From assembly GCF_030013595.1 (NCBI RefSeq), contig NZ_CP122768.1: 64,000 nt of DNA. One strand, 5' to 3'. Shown here piece by piece: positions 39,681 through 55,581 of this stretch. The DNA comes from Escherichia coli. Lineage in GTDB: Bacteria; Pseudomonadota; Gammaproteobacteria; Enterobacterales; Enterobacteriaceae. The notes beneath the pieces were generated by a model. That model did not search any database. It had not been told where the DNA came from and worked only from the letters and a program-made list of their open reading frames with translations. Position 1 is the stretch's first letter. Every line of letters starts with the position of its first letter. The position numbers and the translations under genes were made by a program.

Positions 39681-39712
39681 ACAAAAAAAAACCATCCAAA
39701 TCTGGATGGCTT
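39681..39712 (-). terminator. Rho-independent terminator downstream of rlmB
   Basis: Minus strand: gccatccagatttggatgg stem-loop followed by ttttttttt (plus-strand aaaaaaaaa-ccatccaaatctggatggc). Confidence 0.75.
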
Positions 39713-39729
39713 TTCATAATTCAGAGGAA

Positions 39730-40461
39730 CTAGCTGCGCTGTCGCACCGCTTCAAATAAGCAAATCCCTGTCGCCACAGAAACGTTCAGGGAAGAAACGC
39801 TTCCTGCCATTGGGATGCTGATCAACTCGTCGCAATGTTCACGAGTCAGGCGACGCATACCTTCACCTTCCGCGCCCATCACCAGTGCCAGCCGTCCGGT
39901 CATTTTGCTCTGATAAAGTGTATGATCCGCCTCACCTGCCGTACCGACGATCCAGATATTCTCTTCCTGCAACATACGCATGGTGCGCGCAAGGTTAGTC
40001 ACCCGAATCAGCGGAACACTTTCTGCCGCGCCGCAGGCTACTTTTTTCGCCGTGGCGTTGAGCTGTGCGGAGCGATCTTTCGGCACAATCACCGCATGAA
40101 CACCAGCGGCGTCCGCGCTACGCAGGCACGCGCCGAGGTTGTGCGGATCGGTTACGCCGTCGAGGATCAGCAGGAACGGTTGATCGAGCGAAGCGATCAG
40201 ATCCGGCAGATCGTTTTCCTGATACTGCCGTCCTGGCTTCACACGGGCGATAATGCCCTGATGCACGGCACCGTCGCTTTTCTCGTCGAGATACTGACGG
40301 TTCGCCAACTGGATAACCACGCCCTGGGACTCAAGGGCGTGAATCAGCGGTAACAGACGTTTATCTTCACGGCCTTTTAAAATAAAGACTTCCTGAAAAC
40401 GTTCAGGGGCGCGCTCCAGCAGGGCCTGCACTGCGTGGATGCCGTAAATCATTTCGCTCAT
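39730..40461 (-). CDS. rlmB: 23S rRNA (guanosine2251-2'-O)-methyltransferase RlmB, 243 aa
   Basis: [47 protein letters not shown]... SpoU/TrmH family. Confidence 0.93.
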
Positions 40462-40551
40462 TAATGTACTCGTTGTTTACGTTTTGCCGGGAGCGCCACG
40501 CTTGCCCGGCCTACGGATAATTCACCCTCTTCTGTTTGAAGAGGGTTATGA

Positions 40552-42993
40552 TCACTCTGCCACTTTTTTCTTCGCCGCACGCTTCGCTTTGGTCGCTGCA
40601 GCTATTTTCTGCGTTTTCGCCGATGGCTTTTTCGCTTTTCTCGCGTCTTTCTTCGCCGCTTTCGGCTTCGTTTTTTTCTCGCCGCGGAAGGCGCTGTCTG
40701 GCTCAAAGTTTACCTTTTTACCGACCTGACGACGCTTGCCGCCTTTTTTGCCTGCATCGCCTTTTTTCGCTTTCTCGCGCGCCGTTTTACCGACGTTGCG
40801 CGGTGCGCGTTCGCTGGAGATCAGGCTAAAGTCGATTTTACGCTCGTCCATATTAACCGCTTCGACGCGAACTTCCACGCGATCGCCCAGGCGATAAGTC
40901 TGGCCGCTGGATTCACCCATCAGGCGTTGCCCTACCTGGTCAAAGCGATAGTAGTCATTGTCCAGCGAAGAGACATGGACCAGACCATCAATGAACAAGT
41001 CGTCCAGACGGACGAAGAAGCCAAAGCCAGTGACGCTGGAAATTACGCCTTTAAAGACGTTACCTACCTGGTCGAGCATGAAGTCACACTTCAGCCAGTC
41101 AGCTACATCGCGTGTTGCTTCGTCGGCACGACGTTCCGCCATCGAACAGTGCTGACCCAGTTGCAGCATCTCTTCCATCGAATAATGGTAACCGCCGGTT
41201 TCAGTAGTGTTGCCCTGATGCCCCTGCTCTTTCGCCAGCAGATACTTAATGGCGCGGTGCAGCGTCAGGTCAGGATAACGACGAATCGGCGAAGTAAAGT
41301 GCGCATAGGACTGCAATGCCAGACCGAAGTGACCACGGTTTTCCGGATCGTAAATCGCCTGTTTCATCGAGCGCAGCAGCATGGTTTGCAGCATTTCTGC
41401 GTCAGGACGATCGGCAACCGACTCCAGCAGCTCCGCGTAGTCACGCGGTTCCGGCTTGTTACCGCCCGGCAATTCCAGCCCCAGCTCCGCCAGCACTGAA
41501 CGGAAAGAGGTAATTGCTTCGGTGCTCGGCTTGTCGTGAATACGGAACAGTGCTGGTTCCTTGGCTTTCTCAACGAAACGCGCCGCCGAGATATTCGCCA
41601 GAATCATACACTCTTCAATTAATTTGTGTGCGTCGTTACGCTGGGTCTGTTCGATACGTTCAATACGGCGTTCAGCGTTGAAAATGAACTTCGCTTCTTC
41701 GCTCTCAAATGAGATCCCACCGCGTTCTTCACGGGCTTTATCCAGCACTTTATAGAGGTTATGCAACTCTTCGAGATGCTTAACCAGCGGGGCGTACTGC
41801 TCGCGCAGATCCTGATCGCCCTGCAGAATATGCCAGACTTTGGTGTAGGTCAGACGTGCGTGAGAGCTCATTACCGCTTCATAGAATTTGTAGCCAGTCA
41901 GGCGGCCTTTCGACGAAACCGTCATCTCGCACACCATACACAGGCGGTCTACCTGCGGGTTGAGCGAACACAGACCGTTAGAGAGCACTTCCGGCAGCAT
42001 CGGGATAACCTGCGAAGGGAAGTACACCGACGTACCACGGTTACGCGCTTCTCTGTCCAGCGGTGTTGGCGGACGCACATAGTAGCTGACGTCGGCAATC
42101 GCGACCCATAAACGCCAGCCGCCGCCGCGTTTTTTCTCGCAGTAAACTGCATCGTCAAAGTCACGGGCGTCTTCGCCATCAATGGTGACCAGCGGTAAAT
42201 CGCGCAGATCGACACGGCCCGCTTTTGCTTCTTCCGGCACTTCTTCTTTCAGCCCGGCAACCTGTTGCTCAACGGCCTGCGGCCAGATATACGGAATTTC
42301 ATGGGTACGCAGAGCGATATCAACCGCCATGCCGGTGCCCATATTGTCGCCAAGTACTTCGACGATTTTACCCACCGCTTTGGTACGGCGAGTCGGGCGT
42401 TGGGTCAGTTCAACTACGACCACAAAGCCCATCCGCGCGCCCATGATCTGATCGGGCGGGATTAAGATATCGAAGCTCAGACGGCTATCGTCAGGAACCA
42501 CAAAGCCGACGCCCGCTTCGGTAAAGTAGCGACCAACAATCTGGCTGGTTTTTGGCACCAGTACGCGGACAATACGCGCTTCACGACGACCTTTACGGTC
42601 AGCACCCAGCGGCTGCGCCAGCACCTGATCGCCATGAATGCAGGTTTTCATCTGCTCGCTGGAGAGATACAAATCATCTTTACGCCCTTCAACCCGCAGA
42701 AAGCCGTAGCCATCACGGTGGCCAATAACGGTACCTTTCACCAGGTCGAGGCGTTCCGGCAGCGCATAGCACTGACGACGAGTGAAGACCAGTTGACCAT
42801 CGCGCTCCATCGCGCGCAGGCGGCGACGCAGGCCTTCAAGCTGCTCTTCGCCTTCAATGTGCAGTTCTACCGCCAGCTCATCACGGCTGGCCGGTTTTTC
42901 ACGTTTGGTTAAATGTTCGAGGATAAATTCCCGACTAGGGATGGGATTCGCGTATTTTTCAGCTTCGCGTTCCTGGAATGGATCTTGTGACAT
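40552..42993 (-). CDS. rnr: Ribonuclease R (813 aa from [14 protein letters not shown]) with Lys-rich C-terminal tail
   Basis: ORF 40552-43035; cold-shock, RNB and S1 domain sequence, basic K/A-rich C-terminus. Confidence 0.93.
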   Translation of the reverse strand: MSQDPFQEREAEKYANPIPSREFILEHLTKREKPASRDELAVELHIEGEEQLEGLRRRLRAMERDGQLVFTRRQCYALPERLDLVKGTVIGHRDGYGFLRVEGRKDDLYLSSEQMKTCIHGDQVLAQPLGADRKGRREARIVRVLVPKTSQIVGRYFTEAGVGFVVPDDSRLSFDILIPPDQIMGARMGFVVVVELTQRPTRRTKAVGKIVEVLGDNMGTGMAVDIALRTHEIPYIWPQAVEQQVAGLKEEVPEEAKAGRVDLRDLPLVTIDGEDARDFDDAVYCEKKRGGGWRLWVAIADVSYYVRPPTPLDREARNRGTSVYFPSQVIPMLPEVLSNGLCSLNPQVDRLCMVCEMTVSSKGRLTGYKFYEAVMSSHARLTYTKVWHILQGDQDLREQYAPLVKHLEELHNLYKVLDKAREERGGISFESEEAKFIFNAERRIERIEQTQRNDAHKLIEECMILANISAARFVEKAKEPALFRIHDKPSTEAITSFRSVLAELGLELPGGNKPEPRDYAELLESVADRPDAEMLQTMLLRSMKQAIYDPENRGHFGLALQSYAHFTSPIRRYPDLTLHRAIKYLLAKEQGHQGNTTETGGYHYSMEEMLQLGQHCSMAERRADEATRDVADWLKCDFMLDQVGNVFKGVISSVTGFGFFVRLDDLFIDGLVHVSSLDNDYYRFDQVGQRLMGESSGQTYRLGDRVEVRVEAVNMDERKIDFSLISSERAPRNVGKTAREKAKKGDAGKKGGKRRQVGKKVNFEPDSAFRGEKKTKPKAAKKDARKAKKPSAKTQKIAAATKAKRAAKKKVAE

Positions 42994-43031
42994 CTCGGTT
43001 CCTCCGTTGTCATCTCTGATGAAGATTTTCG

Positions 43032-43457
43032 TCACTCCACCAGCAATAATTTATAAAGCGGTTGATTCTCTTCAACCAAATCGGCAAGCGTGTAGTTATC
43101 CAGTTCCGTAAGAAAACTTTGCACGGCCTTAGAAAGCGCCTGTTTCAACCGACAGGCAGGTGTAATGTGGCAAAACTCACTGCTGCAATTCACCAGCGAT
43201 AAGGGCTCCAGCTCGCGCACCACATCACCAATACGTATCGCACTCGCCGGTTTACCCAGACGAATGCCGCCATTTTTTCCACGAACAGCAGTCACGTAGC
43301 CGGCACGACTAAGTTGATTGATTATTTTGACCATATGATTACGGGAGACGCCGTAGACGTCAGTCACTTCAGAAATACTGGTCATCCGCCCTTCTGGCAA
43401 TGACGCCATGTAGATCAGCGCACGTAATCCGTAATCAGTGAAACTCGTTAACTGCAC
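43032..43457 (-). CDS. nsrR: NO-sensing Rrf2-family repressor NsrR, 141 aa
   Basis: [70 protein letters not shown]...; 4-nt overlap with rnr start. Confidence 0.93.
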
Positions 43458-43661
43458 ATCAACCTCAAAAGGGAAATCGGGAAAAAATACATTTATATTG
43501 ATGATAAACCAGCCACAAGCTGTGTCGCTAATTTATTTCAGTTCGGGGAAGGAAAAAAGCGAGGATTTAACACTGTGTCGGATAGCGTAATGGCTTACCC
43601 GACACAGCAATGTATCACACTGTTAGCCCGGCAGGCAAAATATCTGCCAGGCGTACCAGAA

Positions 43662-44963
<1,302 letters not shown>

Positions 44964-45063
44964 TCAAAATCACCGTTTGCTTAAAAATGGATTCTACCAT
45001 CGCTTTTTCAGAGTTACAGCACTTTTTGCACTCAAAAATGACCTCGATCAGTCTGTTTTTTGT

Positions 45064-45261
45064 TCAGCCAATCGTTTTCCTCAACATGTAGTAGACCACA
45101 ACGCCCGCAACCACAAGTCCACCGCCAAAACGACGTAAAATATTATCAGGCAAATTGGTCATCGCAGAGATCATCTTCTTCCATGCCTTCGGGTAAAGCA
45201 TCGGCACTAAACCTTCGAGCACCAAAACCAGGGCAAGCGCCAGCCAGATTGTCGAATTCAT
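45064..45261 (-). CDS. yjeT: Small membrane protein YjeT (DUF2065), 65 aa
   Basis: MNSTIWLALALVLVLEGLVPMLYPKAWKKMISAMTNLPDNILRRFGGGLVVAGVVVYYMLRKTIG. Confidence 0.85.
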   Translation of the reverse strand: MNSTIWLALALVLVLEGLVPMLYPKAWKKMISAMTNLPDNILRRFGGGLVVAGVVVYYMLRKTIG

Positions 45262-45270
45262 TGATTATCC

Positions 45271-45313
45271 TTATAGAAAAAGAAAACCACCGACATCCCT
45301 GAGGATGCGGTGG
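45271..45313 (-). terminator. Rho-independent terminator downstream of hflC
   Basis: Stem ccaccg...cggtgg (45287-45313) followed on the minus strand by a T-rich run (ttttctttttc). Confidence 0.6.
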
Positions 45314-45342
45314 CTTTATTGACCTGTACCGCAGTCGTTATA

Positions 45343-46347
45343 TTAACGCGTTGCGGAAGTCGGCGTCTTCATGTAGCGGAAGAAATCGCTATCCGGGCTC
45401 ATGACCATCACGTCCTGATTGCCAGAGAAGCTGTTCTCATAAGCACGCAGGCTACGGATGAATGCGTAGAAGTCCGGATCTTTACTGAATGCATCAGCAA
45501 ACAGTTTGGCTGCTTCGGCATCGCCTTCACCACGCATGATGCGGCCCTGACGCTCAGCTTCTGCCAGCGTTCTGGTCACTTCATAGTCGGCAGTCGCGCG
45601 CAGTTTTTCCGCTTCTTCCTGACCTTGTGAACGGTGACGACGCGCTACCGCTTCACGCTCGGCGCGCATACGGTTGTAGATCGCTTCAGACACTTCGGTC
45701 GGCAGGTTGATCTGCTTGATACGCACATCGACAACTTCAATACCCAGCGCCGCCATACTGTTCGGGTTGATGACCGGAACTTTGCCCTTCGTCTCAGCCG
45801 TTACGCGCTCTGCCGCTTCGGCAATGGCGTTATCTGCTGCCGGGGTAGTAACTTCATCTTCTGTACCCGCAGAACCGGAGTTCAGCGCGTCACGTACTTC
45901 GAGGGTCAGACGACCACGGGAATCGGTGACGATGTCTTTCACGTCCAGGCGACCAATTTCAGAACGCAGACGGTCAGAGAACTTACGTTTCAACAGCACT
46001 TCCGCTTGCGAAATGTCGCCACCACCCGTTGCCAGGTAGTAACGGCTGAAATCGCTGATGCGCCATTTGATGTAAGAGTCGACGATCAGGTCTTTCTTCT
46101 CTTTGGTCACAAAGCGGTCGGCCTGGTTGTCCATGGTCTGAATACGTGCGTCGAGCATTTTCACCGTTTCAATGAACGGTATCTTGAAATGCAGACCCGG
46201 CTCATAAACCAGAGGTTTGTTGTCATCGTCACGCAGTACCTTACCAAAACGCAGCGTAATACCGCGCTCACCTTCTTTGACGACAAAGACAGACATGTAA
46301 AGCACTACCAGCACGATGATGATAATCGCGATAACTGACTTACGCAT
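45343..46347 (-). CDS. hflC: FtsH modulator HflC (SPFH/band-7), 334 aa
   Basis: MRKSVIAIIIIVLVVLYMSVFVVKEGERGITLRFGKVLRDDDNKPLVYEPGLHFKIPFIE... Confidence 0.95.
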   Translation of the reverse strand: MRKSVIAIIIIVLVVLYMSVFVVKEGERGITLRFGKVLRDDDNKPLVYEPGLHFKIPFIETVKMLDARIQTMDNQADRFVTKEKKDLIVDSYIKWRISDFSRYYLATGGGDISQAEVLLKRKFSDRLRSEIGRLDVKDIVTDSRGRLTLEVRDALNSGSAGTEDEVTTPAADNAIAEAAERVTAETKGKVPVINPNSMAALGIEVVDVRIKQINLPTEVSEAIYNRMRAEREAVARRHRSQGQEEAEKLRATADYEVTRTLAEAERQGRIMRGEGDAEAAKLFADAFSKDPDFYAFIRSLRAYENSFSGNQDVMVMSPDSDFFRYMKTPTSATR

Positions 46348-46349
46348 CG

Positions 46350-47609
46350 TTATTCCCCCTGACGCTGGTAGTCGTTACGCTGCGCGTTGGCGCGGCGTTG
46401 GTCCATAATATCGCCCTGACTGGTGGACGACGTGTTGCTTGCTCCACTGGTTGTGGAGGAAGAGGCTGGCGGCAGACGCAGCAGATTGCTGGCACCGTTA
46501 TCGCTCTTCGCCGCAGGGGCGTTACCACCTTTCAGCATCTGGTCTAACGGCAGAACCATCAGGTTGCCACCTTTATCGTTAACCAGCACTTTGCGGGTGT
46601 TGCCCAACACTTTTTCCATCGTCTCGATATACAGACGCTCGCGAGTAATTTCCGGCGCGGCTTTATATTCCGGCAGAAGTTTAGCAAAGCGCGCCACTTC
46701 ACCCTGAGCTTCCAGGATGGTCTGGGCCTTGTACGCACGCGCCTCTTCGAGGATACGTTGCGCCTGACCGTTCGCACGCGGCTGAACTTCGTTGGTATAC
46801 GCTTCTGCTTCACGAATGTATTGCTGTTCGTTTTCACGCGCGGCAATCGCATCGTCAAACGCCGCTTTTACTTCTTCCGGCGGACGAGCTGCCTGGAAGT
46901 TGACGTCCAGCAGAGTGATACCCATGTCATACGGACGAATCGTCTCTTCCAGTTCGCGCTGAGTATCGCTACGAATCACGGTACGACCTTCCGTCAGAAT
47001 GCGGTCCATGGTGTATTTACCGATAACCCCACGCAGGGCACTGTCGGTAGCCTGACGCAGGCTGTCATCCGGGCTGGTCACGCTATACAGATATTTTTCC
47101 GGATTGGTGACGCGGTACTGCACGTTCATCTCAACGCGCACTACGTTCTCGTCCGACGTCAGCATCACACCAGAAGCGGCCAGTTCACGCACGGCTTCCA
47201 CGTTCACCGGTTTGACTTCGTCGATAAACGTCGGTTTCCAGTTCAGACCCGGCTCAACCAGATGGCTGAATTTACCAAAGCGTGTTACCACGCCACGTTC
47301 GGCTTCTTTAATGGTATAGAAACCACTGGCCGCCCAGATAATGACAATCGCTGCCGCTGCGATGGTAACGACACGACCGCCAAGCTGCGGGCGCGGGCCT
47401 TGCGATGAACTGCCACCGCCAGATCCAGTGCCTTTACCGCCGCCCAGACCACCAAGCTTTTTGCTCAGCTTGCGGAAGATATCATCTAAATCAGGTGGCC
47501 CTTGATCGCGACCGCCTTTGTTTCCATTTCCCTCAGAGTTGCCGCCAGGTTTGCTGCTTCCCCACGGGTCGCGGTCTTGTCCGTTATTACCGGGCTGATT
47601 CCACGCCAT
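46350..47609 (-). CDS. hflK: FtsH modulator HflK (SPFH/band-7), 419 aa
   Basis: MAWNQPGNNGQDRDPWGSSKPGGNSEGNGNKGGRDQGPPDLDDIFRKL... Gly-rich N-terminus then band-7 domain. Confidence 0.95.
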   Translation of the reverse strand: MAWNQPGNNGQDRDPWGSSKPGGNSEGNGNKGGRDQGPPDLDDIFRKLSKKLGGLGGGKGTGSGGGSSSQGPRPQLGGRVVTIAAAAIVIIWAASGFYTIKEAERGVVTRFGKFSHLVEPGLNWKPTFIDEVKPVNVEAVRELAASGVMLTSDENVVRVEMNVQYRVTNPEKYLYSVTSPDDSLRQATDSALRGVIGKYTMDRILTEGRTVIRSDTQRELEETIRPYDMGITLLDVNFQAARPPEEVKAAFDDAIAARENEQQYIREAEAYTNEVQPRANGQAQRILEEARAYKAQTILEAQGEVARFAKLLPEYKAAPEITRERLYIETMEKVLGNTRKVLVNDKGGNLMVLPLDQMLKGGNAPAAKSDNGASNLLRLPPASSSTTSGASNTSSTSQGDIMDQRRANAQRNDYQRQGE

Positions 47610-47694
47610 GTTTGTGCTCCATATTTGTTATGCGGTGATCCCTGTTGTCTTTCGACGCCAGAGGATATGACTCCACGCTTCAGACGCTACGCCG

Positions 47695-48975
47695 TTAGAT
47701 CAGGTAATCGATCAACGCCGGTTCTTGTTTACAGAGGCGACGCCAGTCAACGATCGGCATACGAACTTGCAGACTTACGCTGCCGTCCTCCTCCATCCAC
47801 TCTTTTTCTATTGCCTGAAGCTGATAAAAACGACTTCTCAGACGCCCTTCCTGCGGTGGCAGACGCAATGTATGCTGCGCCACCTCGCCGGAAAGCCGCT
47901 CCGTCAAAGCCTGAAAAAGCTGTGGTATCCCCGCTCCGGTCTGTGCGGAAAGCCAGACACGGATCGGTTTGTTCTCTTCGTCCCGATCAATACGCGGTTC
48001 GAAATCTTCCAGCATATCGATCTTGTTCATCACCAGCAGGGTTGGGATCTCGTGAGCGTCGATCTCTTCAAGAACCGTATTCACCGCTTCGATGTTTTCT
48101 TGTACACGTACATCCGCCGCATCAATGACGTGCAGCAGCAATGTGGCTTGCCGCGTCTCTTGTAACGTGGCTTTAAATGCCGCCACCAGATCGTGCGGCA
48201 GGTGGCGAATAAACCCTACGGTATCTGCCAACACGGTTTCACCGACATCCGCGACGTCAATACGCCGCAACGTCGGGTCGAGGGTGGCAAACAACTGGTC
48301 TGCCGCGTAGACCCGCGCTTCGGTGATGCGATTGAAAAGGGTAGATTTACCGGCGTTGGTATATCCCACCAGCGAAACAGTAGGAACGTCGGCTTTGATA
48401 CGCGATTGCCGCCCCTGCTCACGCTGCTTTTCAACTCTTTCCAGGCGCGACTGTATCTGCACGATGCGATTACGCAACAAACGACGGTCGGTTTCGAGCT
48501 GGGTTTCACCCGGACCACGCAAACCTATCCCGCCTTTCTGTCTTTCAAGGTGGGTCCAGCCACGCACCAGACGCGTAGCCAGATGGCGCAGCTGCGCCAG
48601 CTCAACCTGCAACTTACCCTCATGGGTACGGGCACGTTGGGCGAAAATATCTAAAATAAGGCCGGTGCGGTCGATGACACGACACTCGCACAAACGCTCC
48701 AGGTTACGCTCTTGCGCCGGGCTCAGGGCATGGTCAAAAAGAACGACCGAAGCACCCGTCGCTTTGACAGCTTCCGCAATTTCAACTGCTTTACCTTCAC
48801 CTACAAAATACTTTGGGTGCGGCGCTTTACGGCTACCGGTAATCACCTGCAATGCTTCGACACCGGCGGAAGAGACCAGAGATTCAAACTCCTGGAGGTC
48901 TTCCATATCTTTGTCTTGCGTAAAATAGATGTGTACCAGTACCGCCTGCTCACCAGCATCATAACGGTCAAACAA
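47695..48975 (-). CDS. hflX: Ribosome-associated GTPase HflX, 426 aa
   Basis: [62 protein letters not shown]... G1 motif GYTNAGKST. Confidence 0.95.
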   Translation of the reverse strand: MFDRYDAGEQAVLVHIYFTQDKDMEDLQEFESLVSSAGVEALQVITGSRKAPHPKYFVGEGKAVEIAEAVKATGASVVLFDHALSPAQERNLERLCECRVIDRTGLILDIFAQRARTHEGKLQVELAQLRHLATRLVRGWTHLERQKGGIGLRGPGETQLETDRRLLRNRIVQIQSRLERVEKQREQGRQSRIKADVPTVSLVGYTNAGKSTLFNRITEARVYAADQLFATLDPTLRRIDVADVGETVLADTVGFIRHLPHDLVAAFKATLQETRQATLLLHVIDAADVRVQENIEAVNTVLEEIDAHEIPTLLVMNKIDMLEDFEPRIDRDEENKPIRVWLSAQTGAGIPQLFQALTERLSGEVAQHTLRLPPQEGRLRSRFYQLQAIEKEWMEEDGSVSLQVRMPIVDWRRLCKQEPALIDYLI

Positions 48976-49028
48976 GCGTATAACCCTCTAAATAGATCAG
49001 CGGGGAACGCAGGATCGCTGGCTCCCCG

Positions 49029-49371
<343 letters not shown>

Positions 49372-49444
49372 TTATATGCTTATTTGTACTTTGAACCTTT
49401 CGATTCTGAAAAAATTGCGCACGATACGTCTCAATTGTACACAT

Positions 49445-50395
49445 TCAGCCTGCGATAGCACCAACAACCTGTAATACTTCGTCACGCGCTTGTTCTGGTT
49501 TTTCACTGCCAAGCCAGTGAACCCCTTCCCAACCACGCAGCCAGGTTATCTGCCGCTTCGCCAACTGTCTCGTGGCGCAAACACCTCGATAAACCATTTC
49601 ATCGTATGAGATTTCGCCTTCAAGGTAAGACCACATCTGGCGATAACCCACGCAACGAATGGAAGGCAAGTCCGTATGCAAATCTCCTCGGGCAAAAAGC
49701 GCCCGGACTTCTGCTTCAAAACCTGAAGCCAACATCTGATGAAAACGCTGCTCAATTCGTTGATGGAGCAGTTCACGGCTCGCCGGGGCGATGGCGAACT
49801 GATGCACCTGATACGGTAGAGCGTCTCCTGACGTTTGCGTCAGTTCCGTTAAAGTTTTACCCGAAATGAAAAAAACTTCCAGTGCCCGGGAAAGCCTTTG
49901 TGGATCATTTGGATGAATCCTTGCTGCCGCAACCGGATCGATCTCCTGAAGTTGACGATGCAATGACTCCCAACCTTGCTCTGCCGCCTGTTGCTCAATT
50001 CTGGCCCGCACTTCCGGGTCTGCCGACGGTAGCGGCGACAACCCTTCCAGCAATGCCTTGAAATACAACATCGTACCGCCCACTAACAGTGGGATCCGCC
50101 CCGCCGCGGTGATATCGGCCATTTCCGCCAGCGCATCGCGGCGAAAATCAGCAGCCGAGTAAGCCTGCGACGGATCGCGAATATCCAGCAATCGGTGCGG
50201 CGCGGCGAGTAACTCTTCAGCGTTCGGCTTCGCCGTCCCGATATCCATCCCTTTGTAAATAAGGGCAGAATCAACGCTTATCAACTCTACTGGTAAAATT
50301 TTACGCAGCTCAATGGCTAACGCCGTTTTACCGGAGGCCGTCGGCCCCATCAAAAAAATCGCCTTAGGCAGGCTCGCCTTACTGATATCACTCAT
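49445..50395 (-). CDS. miaA: tRNA dimethylallyltransferase MiaA, 316 aa
   Basis: [57 protein letters not shown]... Confidence 0.96.
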   Translation of the reverse strand: MSDISKASLPKAIFLMGPTASGKTALAIELRKILPVELISVDSALIYKGMDIGTAKPNAEELLAAPHRLLDIRDPSQAYSAADFRRDALAEMADITAAGRIPLLVGGTMLYFKALLEGLSPLPSADPEVRARIEQQAAEQGWESLHRQLQEIDPVAAARIHPNDPQRLSRALEVFFISGKTLTELTQTSGDALPYQVHQFAIAPASRELLHQRIEQRFHQMLASGFEAEVRALFARGDLHTDLPSIRCVGYRQMWSYLEGEISYDEMVYRGVCATRQLAKRQITWLRGWEGVHWLGSEKPEQARDEVLQVVGAIAG

Positions 50396-52235
50396 CTTTC
50401 AGGGCTTTTATCGCCGGATGTAAATCAACAGATTGTAACAGACCACCCGGCGGCGTTTTCACAAGTTGCGGACATAACCGTTCCACGTCCGCCAGCAGGG
50501 TTATGGCCTGTGCCATTGACCACTGCACATGTTCGCTCATCAGATTTCGTGCAATCCACTGCGCAATATTGCCAGGTTCGAATACGGACTGCTTCGCCAG
50601 GTAGCCTATCAGTTCAGGAATCAAGATTTGTAAATTTTGTTGGCGTAAGGGTAAAGGCACGGCCCTGATGGTCACATGCTGCGCATCGGACTGGAAATCA
50701 ATACCCAATTCCGCCAGGGCAGACTGCGCTTTTTCTAATGCCGATTTTTCTTCGCCAGAAACTTTTAGCCGCAGCGGAATCAGCAACGGCTGGGCGCAAA
50801 CTGGCGCTTCACCCGGCGTCAGTTGCGCCTGACGCAGCCAGCGTTCTGCCACTGGCAAGGCTAAAAGTGAAATGTTGCCGTCGCGCTCCAGCAACGCACA
50901 GTCGGAATGGACGATAGTCAGTACCCGACCAAAGCTTTGACTGTTTGCCGCAAGTGCAGGTTCCTGCGGTTCTGGCGCTTTTGGTTTTTGCATCGGCGCG
51001 GGCGTTTGCAAAAGCTGGCGATACACTTCACCTTGCTGTTTCTGGTAACCTGGCTGCGCATTCGGCCAAGGGGCAGCCGGACGACTGCCTGAGGCGGGCG
51101 CAGGAGTGTAACGCGGAGCTACTGGCTCACGAACTGCCGGTTCAGCAAAATGATTGCGCCCCGCCGCCACGCGGTTTTCCGGGATGGCGCGCGGTGCAGG
51201 TTGTGGTTCATCGTCCAGCGGTAGCGGCGTTTCCAGTTGCTGTTGTAGCACGCTCAGCACGCCCTGATAGATAAAATCATGCACCAGACGCGACTGATGG
51301 AAACGCACTTCGTGTTTGGCAGGGTGCACGTTGACGTCCACCTGATGTGGGTCGATCTCCAGATACAGCACAAATGCCGGTTGCTGATCGGCCCCCAGTT
51401 TGTCTTCACAGGCCTGGCGGATCGCGTGATTGATCAGGCGATCGCGCATCATGCGACCATTCACATAGCAATACTGAATTTCCGCCAGTGCGGGCGTGGT
51501 GTGATTCGGATCTGCCACCCAGCCGCGCAGCGTAAGATCGCCGTGTTGCCATTCAATCGCCAGCGCTTGTTCGAGAAAAGCGGTGCCGCAAATCGCGCCT
51601 AAGCGCCGTTCTTTTTGCCCGCCTTCCGGCACTGCGCGGTACTGACGCACAATTTTACCGTTATGCGACAGGTTGATCGTGACGTCGAAACGCGCCAGCG
51701 CAATGCGGCGAATAATTTCATCGATATGGTTAAATTCGGTTTTCTCGGTGCGCAGGAATTTGCGCCGCGCCGGGGTGTTGTAGAACAGATCCAGCACCTC
51801 CAGCGTCGTTCCCACCGGATGCGCCGCCGGTTTAACCGTTACGTCCATATCGCGCCCTTCGGCATAGGCCTGCCAGGCTTCCTGCTGTTCTGCGATGCGT
51901 GAAGTGAGCGTCAGGCGCGAAACCGAACTGATACTCGCCAGCGCCTCACCGCGAAAGCCAAGGCTGATAATGGCTTCGAGATCGTCCAGAGAGGCGATTT
52001 TACTGGTGGCATGACGAGCCAGCGCCAGCGCCAGCTCATCTTTTTTGATACCGCAGCCGTTATCACGAATGCGGATAAGTTTCGCCCCACCGCGTTCGAT
52101 ATCAATATCGATACGCGTCGCACCTGCATCGAGGCTGTTTTCCACCAGTTCTTTGACTACCGACGCAGGTCGCTCGACCACCTCACCTGCGGCAATCTGG
52201 TTCGCCAGTTGTGGCGGTAAGACCTGAATTGGCAT
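50388..52235 (-). CDS. mutL: DNA mismatch repair protein MutL (615 aa from [13 protein letters not shown])
   Basis: ORF 50388-52238; GHKL ATPase motifs; 8-nt overlap with miaA start. Confidence 0.96.
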   Translation of the reverse strand: MPIQVLPPQLANQIAAGEVVERPASVVKELVENSLDAGATRIDIDIERGGAKLIRIRDNGCGIKKDELALALARHATSKIASLDDLEAIISLGFRGEALASISSVSRLTLTSRIAEQQEAWQAYAEGRDMDVTVKPAAHPVGTTLEVLDLFYNTPARRKFLRTEKTEFNHIDEIIRRIALARFDVTINLSHNGKIVRQYRAVPEGGQKERRLGAICGTAFLEQALAIEWQHGDLTLRGWVADPNHTTPALAEIQYCYVNGRMMRDRLINHAIRQACEDKLGADQQPAFVLYLEIDPHQVDVNVHPAKHEVRFHQSRLVHDFIYQGVLSVLQQQLETPLPLDDEPQPAPRAIPENRVAAGRNHFAEPAVREPVAPRYTPAPASGSRPAAPWPNAQPGYQKQQGEVYRQLLQTPAPMQKPKAPEPQEPALAANSQSFGRVLTIVHSDCALLERDGNISLLALPVAERWLRQAQLTPGEAPVCAQPLLIPLRLKVSGEEKSALEKAQSALAELGIDFQSDAQHVTIRAVPLPLRQQNLQILIPELIGYLAKQSVFEPGNIAQWIARNLMSEHVQWSMAQAITLLADVERLCPQLVKTPPGGLLQSVDLHPAIKALKDE

Positions 52236-52244
52236 CAATCGTCC

Positions 52245-53582
52245 TTAGTTTGGCAGCGTGCGATCTGGCGTCGTCACCGTACTGGCAGTTTGTGCCGTTG
52301 CACCCTGCGGCGCAGATTGCATCGGATGCGCAAGGAAATAATTACGCAGGCCTTTGTAAATGGCTTCTGCCAGCTGTTGTTGGTAATCGTCGCTCGCCAG
52401 CAAACGTTCTTCGCTGTTGTTGCTGATAAAACCGGTTTCGACCAGTACTGATGGGATATCCGGCGAACGCAGAACGCCAAGGCTGGCGTGTTCTGGTCGA
52501 CGTTTATGTATTTCGCCAATGCGTTGCAACTGGCTGATCATACTGGTCGCTACATCATACCCTACACGCTGGGAATGACCGAACTGTAAATCCAGCACCG
52601 CCTGGCTTAAATAGGGGTCAGACTGGCTGTTCGCCAGCACATCGCCCGCTCCGCCCAATAGCTCCGACTGTTTCTCATGCTGTTCCAGCCAGCTTGCCAT
52701 CTCGCTGTTTGCACGACGGTTAGAGAGCACCCATACGGAAGCGCCAGTCGCACTGCGGTTCGGTGCGGCATCAGCGTGAATCGACACGAGGAAATTGGCG
52801 TTTTGCTTACGTGCCACATCGCTGCGCCCCATCACCGAAATAAAGTAATCCCCATCACGAGTTAAAACGCCTTTAAACATCGGATCGTCATTGAGCAAGG
52901 TACGTAATTTACGCGCAATGGCGATGGTGACATTTTTCTCCCGCGTACCGCCGGGGCCGATAGCGCCAGGATCCTGACCGCCGTGTCCGGCATCAATAGC
53001 GATGATAATTTTATCGCCAGTGTTAGCCGTCGCGCGCGCTGCCGGACGCGTTACCGTATTACTGCTGATAACCCCCGTAGTGCGGTTACTTTCGGTTTTA
53101 AACGGATTGCGCGCCGGTTCGCTGACGCGCGGTGCGACAACCGCAGGTGTTTCAACGCGTTTCGCAACCACGGGCGGCGGAGGAGGCGGTGGCGGCGCAT
53201 CGGCGTTAATCGTAAAGACGACAGTGTAATTGCTGCCATTCTGCCGCTTCACCGCTTCGGTTTTACCATTTTCGGTAAGCTCGACCACCAGCCGTAGCGT
53301 TTGTGCATCTTTAGGCGTTCCAGAGCGAATCGCCTTCACCAGATTATTGCCGCTGAACAACAATGGCAGTCCCTGAATCACGCCCGTTTGTTTGATATCG
53401 AGCGCCACGGTGCGTTTGCTTTGATGGCTAAACGCATAATCAGGATCGCCAATAAAACTCAACGTTATCCGCGCCTGTTGGTTGCCGTTAGAAACCTGAA
53501 TATCAGAGAGCGTCGCGGCGCCCACCTGCGCGCACAGCAGCAGCAACGTCGCTACCAACCAATTTCTGATGCGATACATCAT
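52245..53582 (-). CDS. amiB: N-acetylmuramoyl-L-alanine amidase AmiB (445 aa from [10 protein letters not shown])
   Basis: ORF 52245-53597; signal peptide, poly-Pro linker, Amidase_3 domain. Confidence 0.94.
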   Translation of the reverse strand: MMYRIRNWLVATLLLLCAQVGAATLSDIQVSNGNQQARITLSFIGDPDYAFSHQSKRTVALDIKQTGVIQGLPLLFSGNNLVKAIRSGTPKDAQTLRLVVELTENGKTEAVKRQNGSNYTVVFTINADAPPPPPPPPVVAKRVETPAVVAPRVSEPARNPFKTESNRTTGVISSNTVTRPAARATANTGDKIIIAIDAGHGGQDPGAIGPGGTREKNVTIAIARKLRTLLNDDPMFKGVLTRDGDYFISVMGRSDVARKQNANFLVSIHADAAPNRSATGASVWVLSNRRANSEMASWLEQHEKQSELLGGAGDVLANSQSDPYLSQAVLDLQFGHSQRVGYDVATSMISQLQRIGEIHKRRPEHASLGVLRSPDIPSVLVETGFISNNSEERLLASDDYQQQLAEAIYKGLRNYFLAHPMQSAPQGATAQTASTVTTPDRTLPN

Positions 53583-53600
53583 CCCGCCACCTTTCAAAGG

Positions 53601-55579
<1,979 letters not shown>

Positions 55580-55581
<2 letters not shown>

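Noticed and set aside
40552-40830. Repetitive Lys/Ala-rich coding tract at the 3' end of rnr
   Set aside because: It is the basic C-terminal tail of RNase R, part of the same reading frame, not a separate gene or repeat element.
53150-53200. Repetitive ggcggcggaggaggcggtggcggc tract
   Set aside because: It encodes the poly-proline linker of AmiB on the minus strand; a low-complexity coding region, not a repeat element.
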